Shown piece by piece: positions 6,836 through 15,244 of a DNA stretch of 64,000 bases; within the stretch, counting starts at the first letter, position 1, and each line of letters opens with the position of its first letter. Position numbers and translations under genes: made by a program. The DNA lies in the IMG/VR virus record IMGVR_UViG_3300017987_000070, positions 1-64,000 of that record; one strand, given 5' to 3'. This DNA is from a virus. The notes beneath the pieces are model-generated. The model was not told where the DNA came from and searched no databases. It was given only the letters and a program-made list of their open reading frames with translations.

Positions 6836-8827
6836 ATGTTCATTACAGCAAACGTGCCCAAGAAGTACGAGCACATTGACTTCAAACCACCCCAAGGCGT
6901 AGCCGACGCTGCCGAGCGTGGTCTTGAACTCCGCAAAGAGCAATCTGGCGACAAGGCGGGTCTTACGGCTGAAGAGGCCAGTGAGCAGGGCATTGGGTCT
7001 GGAGTCCAGCGCGCCACGAACCTGAAGAACCGCACCAACGTGTCCCCCGAAGTCATCGGGCAGATGGTAGGGTTCTTCGCGCGTCACGGCAAGAACATTG
7101 CCAAGGCTCGTAAGCTCACGACCCAGGAGGAGCAGCTCAAGTCCAACATGTACGTGAGTGACTTGCTCTGGGGAGGTGAGCCCGGCGAGCGGTGGGCCAA
7201 TAAGGTCAAGGAGCAGATGGAAGCCGCAGACGAGAAGGAGAAGAACGCTTCTCTTGCCTCCAGAGTCGCAAGCAGGTACCTCATGGCAGGGAAGCTTGAG
7301 CCGCCTCCCGTCATGTATGCCAAGGCCCTGAAGTGGTTCCAGGGACGTATCGCGCGCCGTATGGAAGATATCATAGACCTTGAGCGCGATAAAGTGCAGG
7401 CTCCAGACCCCTCGTCTCAGTACGAAGACGCGCCCATGTCTTCTATGGAGATCAAGATCGCGGTGAACGAACTCCTCAAGCTCAAAGCCATGTTCAGGGA
7501 CATGGGTAATGAGGATATGATCTATCAAAGAGAGGAGACGATCGATACGTCCCAGGGTCCGCTCAAGGTGAAGCTCTTACCCTCCAATGAAGCTCTGCTG
7601 TCTTACGGGCCGGACACCTTGACGACTCCCCTGGACGACTTCAGGTTCCAGCAAACAGTGGGTCCTTGGATTCGCAAGACGGGCATCACTTCTCGCCGCG
7701 TTTCCAGGGACTACCAAGACAAGATGCGTCGCTACGAAGGAGAGAACCTGACCTACGAGCAACGTGAAGCGAGGCTCAGGGAGCTTTCTGAAGTCGAGGC
7801 AATGTTCCGCCCCTGGAAGGGTAACGATCGTGGCATTGACAACCCTCTGGACGTGGAACTCGACGGGTGGTATCGAGAACTCGACGAGTTCACCTTCAAA
7901 GACCTCCCTCCCCTTTCAATGAAACTGACCCTCTCCAGGGGTGAGATGAACGGAGGTTTCATCTCGGTGTCGGATGACCCTCTAGTCATGATTGACATGC
8001 CCAATGACGTAAGCACTCGTCCGGGCGCTCGTGAGTTGGTCTCCAAGCTCGAAGATCTCCTGCGTCACGAGATGCGTCACTACGCTCAATACCTGTTCCG
8101 TTTGTATCGTGACATCGAAGAGAGAGGTTCCATGTACGGGAATGAGGTCGGACTACCGCACTCTCTCCGTACCCTGGAGTACGATACCATCGTAGCCGAT
8201 GAGATCACTGAACTCCGAAGGTATCTCAAGCATGTCCCCGGAGACCTGCACCCCGTGGTGTTCAAAGCCTGGACCCACGCCTTGACCTCCAGGGACAGGG
8301 ACGACCTCAAGAGGTATATGGTATGGATCAAGCAGAACCCTCGACACGCCATGCCTTCCCGCTTTACGGGCGCTCCTATTGACCCCACACAGGGACGCGA
8401 GTTTTTCCGTCTCATGAAAGATCACGATCACACCAAGTGGAAACGAGCGGTCAAGACCCTGGCTCGTAACGTGAAGATGGGTAAGACCGCGCAAAGGGCA
8501 GCTAACGTCGTGCGTCGTCTCCTCGCGGAGAAGCTGCCTCACATCGCTCGCGTTGACCCCAAGTTCGCGTATGACCTCTACCGTCAGGAAGACCTCAACA
8601 GGGGCAACAACAGCTCCAGGCGAGACTATCCGACCACGGATCTCATGTCTCGTAAGGTCCTCAAGAGCCTCGACGAGAGGATTGAAGCGTTGTCGGACAA
8701 GATCGAACGCTACCAAGACCAGGGCGTGGACCACTCGGGCCTCTGGGATGATCGTGAAGACCTCATGCGTGAGCGCGAGGACATCACCCGCTTCCTCAAA
8801 GATACGCTGGGCTTCAAGGGGAAGTAA
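6836..8827 (+). CDS. Multidomain protein: phage LLWGG-type N-terminal domain + HExxH zincin-like domain
   Basis: N-terminal FKPPQGVADAAERGL...GVQRA...FFARH...DLLWGG..G..WA domain common in phage head-associated proteins. Also LRHEMRHYAQ and the linkers ASRVASRYLMA and KTAQRAANVVRRLLA. Confidence 0.65.
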   Translation: MFITANVPKKYEHIDFKPPQGVADAAERGLELRKEQSGDKAGLTAEEASEQGIGSGVQRATNLKNRTNVSPEVIGQMVGFFARHGKNIAKARKLTTQEEQLKSNMYVSDLLWGGEPGERWANKVKEQMEAADEKEKNASLASRVASRYLMAGKLEPPPVMYAKALKWFQGRIARRMEDIIDLERDKVQAPDPSSQYEDAPMSSMEIKIAVNELLKLKAMFRDMGNEDMIYQREETIDTSQGPLKVKLLPSNEALLSYGPDTLTTPLDDFRFQQTVGPWIRKTGITSRRVSRDYQDKMRRYEGENLTYEQREARLRELSEVEAMFRPWKGNDRGIDNPLDVELDGWYRELDEFTFKDLPPLSMKLTLSRGEMNGGFISVSDDPLVMIDMPNDVSTRPGARELVSKLEDLLRHEMRHYAQYLFRLYRDIEERGSMYGNEVGLPHSLRTLEYDTIVADEITELRRYLKHVPGDLHPVVFKAWTHALTSRDRDDLKRYMVWIKQNPRHAMPSRFTGAPIDPTQGREFFRLMKDHDHTKWKRAVKTLARNVKMGKTAQRAANVVRRLLAEKLPHIARVDPKFAYDLYRQEDLNRGNNSSRRDYPTTDLMSRKVLKSLDERIEALSDKIERYQDQGVDHSGLWDDREDLMREREDITRFLKDTLGFKGK

Positions 8828-8829
8828 AC

Positions 8830-9705
8830 ATGCCCAAGACGCACTACAAGCTGGACCGATCAGACGCCTCCAGACGCGCGTATCGGGACGCAGAGCGCGA
8901 GTTGGAGGAAGCCAAGGCGTATGGGTTCATTACGTGGAAAGAACTCCACATCGTACCTCTCAGGGAGATTGAACCCCAAAAGGTGTGGAACCCTCCCCGT
9001 ATCGAGCGCATCCGTGAGGGGATAGAGCGTGGGGTAGCCCTCCCTGCGGTGTCTCTAGCTCGAAACGAGGGTGGTCGTTACAAATACAGCATCTCGGACG
9101 GCATTCATCGCTACAATGCTTCAGTGGAAGCGGGGTTCACTCATATCCCCGCCATGATCACCTTCTCCAAGGAGACGCCCGAACTCTTGGAGGAGCCCAA
9201 GGTCTTCCAAGAGGGTACTTACGTTCGCTTCAAGAGGCCCATAGACGGCTTCGAGGTTGGATACCTCGTGGAGAACATCTTCGGGGATGTCTTCGTGACA
9301 GTCGCAGGCAATGCGACGGACGCCGAGTGGATAGGCGACATCCCTGCTAGCAGCTTCGAGGAGGAGATTGACCCTCCCCGTCAAATCAAAGAGAAAATTC
9401 AAGGACACTGGTTCATGCAAAAAACCTCTTCCCGTATCGCCTCGACCTACCTCTCCCACATGCTTCGTGATCGCACGGCAAAAAACCTACCCAAGAAGGT
9501 CGAGGAGTACGTCAAGAAATTCGAGGACGAGGGCAAAGACCCAGGGTACTCTTACGCGCTGGCTTGGAGCATCTACTGCAAGCATAAGAACCCCGACTCG
9601 CCTCACTGCATGGCAGACAGTTACCTAGACAATCAGGGTAAGAAGTCGACTCAAGACCTCTCCCAAGCGGTACTCAGGCGCTATCTGGAGAACCTGAATG
9701 ACTGA
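8830..9705 (+). CDS. ParB/Srx-like N-terminal domain multidomain protein
   Basis: LPAVSL...YSISDGIHRYNAS...GFTHIPA is the ParB/Srx DG-HR motif. Small C-terminal module YALAWSIYCK. Confidence 0.7.
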   Translation: MPKTHYKLDRSDASRRAYRDAERELEEAKAYGFITWKELHIVPLREIEPQKVWNPPRIERIREGIERGVALPAVSLARNEGGRYKYSISDGIHRYNASVEAGFTHIPAMITFSKETPELLEEPKVFQEGTYVRFKRPIDGFEVGYLVENIFGDVFVTVAGNATDAEWIGDIPASSFEEEIDPPRQIKEKIQGHWFMQKTSSRIASTYLSHMLRDRTAKNLPKKVEEYVKKFEDEGKDPGYSYALAWSIYCKHKNPDSPHCMADSYLDNQGKKSTQDLSQAVLRRYLENLND

Positions 9706-10477
9706 CATCGCATACCACGTCACCTACGCTCGGAACCTCGAAGGTATAGGCTCGTCTGGGCTCGTACCCGGCAGAGGTTCTAACTTCGGTGGAGCCTACC
9801 GAGGGCACTCTTCAGGGCGCATCTTCCTGTGCGACTTCAAGTCTGTCAAGTTTTGGATTGGCAAACTGTGGGACATGGCAGAGGCCAACTCGGATACGCC
9901 GCTTGAAGACGGCTTGATTCCCATCGCGCTCAAGGTCAAGGTGCCCCGAGGGATGGAGCTTCAGGTAGACGAGGCCGGGTCCAGAGACTCACGAGGCGAA
10001 GCCTACTTCGTCGAGGACACGATCCCGGCGAGTAACATCCTCCATTGGGACGGTTCCTCTTATAGTCCAGTGTCAGGGGCAGATGTAGAGTACCTCATTG
10101 ATGTAGCCAAAGACAACTCAGAACTCGAAGACTACGGTGACGGTGAGGTCTTCTACGACTTCGGATACGGAGATCATTTCATGCCCAGACAAGCCACAAT
10201 GGCCCAAAGAGTCGCTACCCGTGTTATGACGGATCAGATGGCCTCACGTGTCGCATCTCGCGTTCTCGTAGCCGAAAACAAGCCCACCAATCCTGACCTT
10301 TGGGAGAAGGTTCAAGAGCTTGTACGGGGCGACCGTAAGAGCCTCTCAGTAGGTGACAAGACCTACGAGTCTCCTAATGACGGCAAGGGCTTCAAGAAAC
10401 ACCCCAGCGCTTACTCGAATGGTTTTGCAGTTAAGGTTTACAATGATCTCGGCGGCGGCTGGAAAGCAAAGGACTGA
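9698..10477 (+). CDS. ADP-ribosyltransferase-like (Tpt1/KptA-type) domain + PSAY-type phage domain
   Basis: AYHVT...LEGI...GLVP...RIFL and IP...I motifs. C-terminal KPTNPDLW...HPSAYSNGFAVKVY..LGGGW. Confidence 0.6.
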   Translation: MTDIAYHVTYARNLEGIGSSGLVPGRGSNFGGAYRGHSSGRIFLCDFKSVKFWIGKLWDMAEANSDTPLEDGLIPIALKVKVPRGMELQVDEAGSRDSRGEAYFVEDTIPASNILHWDGSSYSPVSGADVEYLIDVAKDNSELEDYGDGEVFYDFGYGDHFMPRQATMAQRVATRVMTDQMASRVASRVLVAENKPTNPDLWEKVQELVRGDRKSLSVGDKTYESPNDGKGFKKHPSAYSNGFAVKVYNDLGGGWKAKD

Positions 10478-10480
10478 ACC

Positions 10481-12145
10481 ATGACTCGATACATCCACTT
10501 CACTGATATGTCCGGTGCGAAGGCAATCCGCCACTCGGGTACCCTCATGGCGTCGTCTTTCATCAGCGGCGTGTACGCGGTCAAGGAAGGTTCTCCCTTC
10601 GTTCCCGGCGTACAGCAGACCACTCTAGGTCGCGCCAAGAACCGCAAGGTCGCAGTAGTCTTCACGACCCCCATCAAGCCCGACTACTGCGACCCGGAAG
10701 AGTGCGTCTGGAGGTTGGATGAGATCCCGGTCAAGGTCGAGCGCGTCATGCTGGCCTCTCAAGCGGTCAAAGACTACCTTCAGGTGGTCAAGGAAGCTCG
10801 CACGCCCTATGCCCTGGGTCTCCCAGGTGGCCCCTGCCACATCATCAGGGATGTGGAAGCAGAGAAGCTCCCCGAGCGCGTCAAGCAGGAACTCATCGAA
10901 GACATCGAAAAGGGTAAGGACCTCTCGAACTCGGCAGCGGACTTGATCTATCCTCCGCAGAGGTTCAACGCCAAGGCAGACCTTTTCTCGAAGGTCCTCC
11001 TCACCTCCCACGCTCAGTACCGTATGAACCTCCGTGGGATTACGCTCCCCGAGATTCAGGACGTGTTCGTCGAGTTCGACAAGTGGTACAAGGCTCGCGC
11101 CAAGAAGCCCAAGAGCCTCACCGGCGAACAGCGCAAGCTCATGACAGACCTCGCGTATGGAGAAGCTGCGAGGTTTGAGGGCAGCAGGTCAGGGATCACC
11201 ATCGTGTTTGCGGTAGACTCTCGTAAGAACGAAGCTCGCCTCGTCTCGTGTTGGTGGACGAACTCTCCCAAGACCCCCAAGCCCACTCCAGGGCAGTGTG
11301 ACTTCGTTCCGTATCTGGACAAGGATCGCAGCTTCGAGAGGCCCTCCATCCTGGGGCACACGCTCATGAAAGACATCGCCCACAAGGTCGCCCGCCGCGT
11401 ATGGTTCACGAGCCGTCAAGCTGCCAAGCCCGGTCCCGACCCGGACAAGGGAGATGGCTTGAACACTTGGTTCTCCGACAAAGCCAAAGGGGGCGATTGG
11501 GTTGCCATTTCTCCGGTCAAGAAGACCATTGAGAAGGAGGACGGCACCAAGAAGACCTTCGAGCCCGGTGACATCGTAGGCCCATGCGGTGACCCTGATG
11601 GAGAGTGGAAAGACCTCACCAACGACGGAGATGATCCCCTCAAGTGCCTGAACAAGAGCAGGGCTCAAGGTATGAGCAAGAAAGAGCGCGCCGAGGCTGC
11701 GAAGGCTAAAAAGCGTGAGGAGAAGAAGGCTCCCGAGGGCCAGAAGCCCACGCATGTCGACACGAAGCAAGATAAGAAGTCTCATGAGATCGCTAAAGCC
11801 GTGGCACGCCGTCTGTTTTCTCAAATGCAGCGCACCTCAAAAAAGACCTATCGAGACCTTCTAAATGAAAACGAAGTCTCGGAAATCCAAAGACTTCTGG
11901 GCATTGCTCGTAATAACTTGGATGTTTACCAAGCGACAGATACTTTGGATAGGAATGACCTCCAGTCAAGGGAAGTCCTGAGCGTTCTCGAAGAGGTTAC
12001 AGGCTCAGCCGCCTTGTTTGAGGTTGACCGGGGTCGTATGCATCACGACCTCGTAGACCACATGAATACCTGGGAGAAGATCTGTAAGGCTGCTCGTTTC
12101 GACTGGAAAGCTAGCTACCAAAAAACGTTGGACATCTTTTCCTGA
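10481..12145 (+). CDS. Multidomain protein: ART-like (H-F-T) domain, DUF4258/RelE-like domain, WF..WV..CG..KC domain
   Basis: YIHFT...AKAI..SG.L...GVY; LTSHAQYRMNLRGIT; GLNTWFS...DWVAI...CG...KCL...GMSKKERAEAAKAKKR. Domains are separated by KEA, RQA and RTS linkers. Confidence 0.6.
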   Translation: MTRYIHFTDMSGAKAIRHSGTLMASSFISGVYAVKEGSPFVPGVQQTTLGRAKNRKVAVVFTTPIKPDYCDPEECVWRLDEIPVKVERVMLASQAVKDYLQVVKEARTPYALGLPGGPCHIIRDVEAEKLPERVKQELIEDIEKGKDLSNSAADLIYPPQRFNAKADLFSKVLLTSHAQYRMNLRGITLPEIQDVFVEFDKWYKARAKKPKSLTGEQRKLMTDLAYGEAARFEGSRSGITIVFAVDSRKNEARLVSCWWTNSPKTPKPTPGQCDFVPYLDKDRSFERPSILGHTLMKDIAHKVARRVWFTSRQAAKPGPDPDKGDGLNTWFSDKAKGGDWVAISPVKKTIEKEDGTKKTFEPGDIVGPCGDPDGEWKDLTNDGDDPLKCLNKSRAQGMSKKERAEAAKAKKREEKKAPEGQKPTHVDTKQDKKSHEIAKAVARRLFSQMQRTSKKTYRDLLNENEVSEIQRLLGIARNNLDVYQATDTLDRNDLQSREVLSVLEEVTGSAALFEVDRGRMHHDLVDHMNTWEKICKAARFDWKASYQKTLDIFS

Positions 12146-12160
12146 TGAGGAGGGAGTAAC

Positions 12161-12820
12161 ATGGCCTATTCAAAAGAGATTCAGAAGCATTTGGACAAGA
12201 GGAACCTATTATCGAAGGGTACGTGGACTGCCCCGAACAAGCTCCGTCTCAGGAGCATCTGGCAGGAGATGTGGTTCATGCTTCCCTTCCTGGCATTCGT
12301 GACCTTGGTGACCGTGGGGTTCTTCTCGGCGGCAGCGGCTCAAGGTGCGCTTGGGGTTCTCCTGGGGTTCTTCGGGGGATGTTGGGCTCTCGGCGTATGG
12401 GGGGCAATCTGGCATGGTCACCTACACTGGAAGCCCTTCTATGAGGTCCTGGGGGTATACGTTCGTTTTGACGGTCCCGAGTGGTATGTCCCGCCCGAGA
12501 TCATGCAGGCGTTCCTCCAAGAGATCGCAGACAAGTGGGACGAAGCAGGTGTCGTGGACTTCCCTGCCGTGCAGTTGCTTGAAGGCTCACATCTGTACCT
12601 CGTTGAAGAGCGTCCGGTAGACCCCCTGGGTAGGATTGAGCATGAGCGCATGGTCGGGTTGACCTACCCTTCCAAGCAACAGTCTTACGTCTACGCTCCG
12701 TATGCTCTCTCGCATGGAGGCGCTGGGTACGAACTCCGCCTGCAAATGGTACACATTTTGTTCCCTTACCGCTCAGAGCAAGATGACATTGAGTGGTTCG
12801 AAGAGAACGATGTGCTCTGA
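12161..12820 (+). CDS. Membrane protein with two N-terminal transmembrane helices
   Basis: Strong RBS GAGGAGGGAG. Hydrophobic segments WFMLPFLAFVTLVTVGFF and LGVLLGFFGGCWALGVWGAIW. Confidence 0.7.
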   Translation: MAYSKEIQKHLDKRNLLSKGTWTAPNKLRLRSIWQEMWFMLPFLAFVTLVTVGFFSAAAAQGALGVLLGFFGGCWALGVWGAIWHGHLHWKPFYEVLGVYVRFDGPEWYVPPEIMQAFLQEIADKWDEAGVVDFPAVQLLEGSHLYLVEERPVDPLGRIEHERMVGLTYPSKQQSYVYAPYALSHGGAGYELRLQMVHILFPYRSEQDDIEWFEENDVL

Positions 12821-12842
12821 CCTTATCTCATAGAGACCTTTG

Positions 12843-12877
12843 GACCCTCGGCATTCGTGTCGGGGGTCTTTTGTTTA
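12843..12877 (+). terminator. Rho-independent terminator
   Basis: gaccctcggca-ttcg-tgtcgggggtc followed by ttttgttt. Confidence 0.8.
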
Positions 12878-12991
12878 TCCTGAGATTCCATTTATCCCGA
12901 AGGATCAGTGCTTCATCCTCTCACGGCTTCGACTCGTGCTGGAAACCCTTCCAGCACAGGAAGGTCGAGTTACATCCAAAAAGGTACAGCT

Positions 12992-14056
12992 ATGTCTACA
13001 CTCAAGCTCTCCTCGATTCGTAAGGGCATGTCCAAGCTTAGGAGGCTTGGGCACGAAACCGACACGTTCACGGTCCTGGGTATCGAGTTCCAGATCCGAA
13101 CCATCACCCGCCACGAGCTTACCATCGCGAACGAGCGCGCACAACCTCTCTTCGAGCAGGCTCAGGAAAGCGATGACTCGTATACTCTCGCTAACTGGCT
13201 AAAGACCGTCCAGCTTGGAGTCCTGTCCTTTGCGATCATGCGTATCGACGATATGGACTTCAACGGGCAGGAGTATATCCTTGACGATACCAACCCCGCC
13301 GACCCGGAGACGGTAGAGAAGGCCCTCTTCGTACACACACTCTTGGATGAGTGGGAGGACAGTCTCATCAGCGTGCTCTACCGTAAGTTCCAAGAGCTTA
13401 CCCAGCAAGCCGAAGAGAAGGCAACCAAGGGCGTCAAGTTCCTCTCAGAGTCCCCCGAGGAAGAGTTGGCGGAATTGGAGGAGCAGGTGGCGGGTCTCCG
13501 TAGCAAGCTCGGGCTCCCCCCTCTGGTTCCCGCGACTCAAGCGACGACCTCCGAGCCCGTAAGAGCCGAATCCGTGCCACAGGGGTCTCCTTCGGCAGAC
13601 GTTGACGTGAGGGAACTCAAGACTCAAATGCTCCAGCCGGTACCCCAGGATGCGCTTCAGCAACCGCCCGTCGTCGAGAGAGACGGGTACCACTACGAAC
13701 TACCCCAGGAACAAGCATCTCAGACGGCCTCAGAGCCCTCACAAGACGACGAAGTGCAGCGGGAGCATGAGAGGCTATACCAAGAGCGTCAAGAGCGTCA
13801 GCGTGGACGTGAGCCCTTGAACCAAGCTCCTATCCAAGTGTACTCGGAGCCCTCGCCTCAAGATAGCCCTGTGAGGACGGCTAATGCCCCTCAGCAGATG
13901 ACGGATGCTCAGTACATCCCGAACCCGAACGGGGCTACTCTCTTGAGTCCTGCGACGCAGCAGCAAGAGACTCAGCAAGGTCCCGCGTTCAAGGCCAATC
14001 AGAAGCCAAGCGGCAAGGGCAACCCCAACTTCTATAACCCAAACCGCAGGCAGTGA
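12992..14056 (+). CDS. Tail assembly chaperone-like protein with long Q/P/E-rich tail
   Basis: AAGG RBS before ATG 12992. Lies two genes upstream of the tape measure. N-terminal IRTIT..E...LSFAIMRID...W...LISVLY pattern typical of myovirus tail chaperones. Confidence 0.55.
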   Translation: MSTLKLSSIRKGMSKLRRLGHETDTFTVLGIEFQIRTITRHELTIANERAQPLFEQAQESDDSYTLANWLKTVQLGVLSFAIMRIDDMDFNGQEYILDDTNPADPETVEKALFVHTLLDEWEDSLISVLYRKFQELTQQAEEKATKGVKFLSESPEEELAELEEQVAGLRSKLGLPPLVPATQATTSEPVRAESVPQGSPSADVDVRELKTQMLQPVPQDALQQPPVVERDGYHYELPQEQASQTASEPSQDDEVQREHERLYQERQERQRGREPLNQAPIQVYSEPSPQDSPVRTANAPQQMTDAQYIPNPNGATLLSPATQQQETQQGPAFKANQKPSGKGNPNFYNPNRRQ

Positions 14057-14071
14057 CCGGGGGAGGTAGCA

Positions 14072-15244
14072 ATGGCTCTCCCAGACTACACCGACGTTGA
14101 GCGCATGATCTTCAGGGGCTTCCTTGTCGAAGCCGTCGAAGTAGAAGGTGTACCCATCATCTTCAAGACGGTCAACGAGACCGAATACGACCTCGCTCTA
14201 CTCTATTCGGTCAGCTCCGATTCCGCCAAGGAGAATCTCCTTCAAGAGTGCTACTTCATAGCCTCTTCGGTATATTTGTTCAACCGGGTTTCGGTTCTTG
14301 ACGACAGGGAGACCTTCTTTCATGAGTTCGTCGACGTGCTCATGGAATACTCTCCCGAGGTCCGTCTTGAACTCCTACGCAAGATTCAGGGACTCAATGC
14401 GCGCGCGCTCAAAGCCATCAAGCGCGTTGAAGGGTTCTCTTATGGACAAGATTCGAGGCAAATGTGGTCTATTGTCCACCGTATGTCTCCAAACGACCCC
14501 AGGGTCACAGGTATCCAGGGGACGCAGTGCTTGGGTCTCAACGCCCACCAACGCCTCTGGTACCACTACAATCTACTCGAAGACAAGCGAGAGGAAGTCG
14601 AGACGGACTGGGCTCACACCAAGTTCGCCGCTTCGGTTCACTCGAAAGAGATCAGCAAGATCGATTCTCAAGACAAGACGCGCCGCAGAGACGAGCAGCG
14701 CAGACGTGAGGCCATCTTCTACGGAGAGATCCCTGAAGAAGGGACACGTGGTGTCAATGGGGAGGTCAAGGTGTCACACGAGAGCGTGGACGACCTTCTG
14801 GGTCAGTTGAAGCGTGACATCGAGGGTCAGAAAGACTTCCACGATCAGGTGGTCGAAGCTCATGAGCGTAAGGTCCGCGAGCAGTGGGAGAAGGCTCAAG
14901 CCGCGAAAGCAGAGCGCGCTTTGAGGGCTCGTCAAGCCAAGCGGGAGCAGTTCAGCCCTGATGTCGAAGATCCAATCATATTCTATGATGAGGAAGCTGT
15001 CAAGAGGTTGACTCAGGAGCGTAAGCAAGCCAAGCGCACGGCGCTCTTACGTGGCGACTTCGAGGCAGAAGGGAAGTATCAGGAGCAAACTGAGAGGATG
15101 AGGAAGTGGGGCATTATAGGAACGGAAGACCCTGAACCTACCCAGGATCAAGGGACGCATCCTCTCTCGGGCACCATCATGGACGACTACTACGATGTCC
15201 AGATGCCGGATATGACCAACAGATCCCCTTTTGACGATGAGTGA
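14072..15244 (+). CDS. Second tail assembly chaperone-like protein
   Basis: RBS GGAGG; immediately precedes the tape measure. N-terminus parallels the previous gene. TGIQGTQCLGLNAHQRLW motif. Confidence 0.55.
   Translation: MALPDYTDVERMIFRGFLVEAVEVEGVPIIFKTVNETEYDLALLYSVSSDSAKENLLQECYFIASSVYLFNRVSVLDDRETFFHEFVDVLMEYSPEVRLELLRKIQGLNARALKAIKRVEGFSYGQDSRQMWSIVHRMSPNDPRVTGIQGTQCLGLNAHQRLWYHYNLLEDKREEVETDWAHTKFAASVHSKEISKIDSQDKTRRRDEQRRREAIFYGEIPEEGTRGVNGEVKVSHESVDDLLGQLKRDIEGQKDFHDQVVEAHERKVREQWEKAQAAKAERALRARQAKREQFSPDVEDPIIFYDEEAVKRLTQERKQAKRTALLRGDFEAEGKYQEQTERMRKWGIIGTEDPEPTQDQGTHPLSGTIMDDYYDVQMPDMTNRSPFDDE

Noticed and set aside
12992-15244. Lambda G/GT-type programmed frameshift between the tail chaperones
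   Set aside because: The second gene has its own strong RBS and ATG in a 15-nt gap, and no slippery heptamer is evident at the end of the first.
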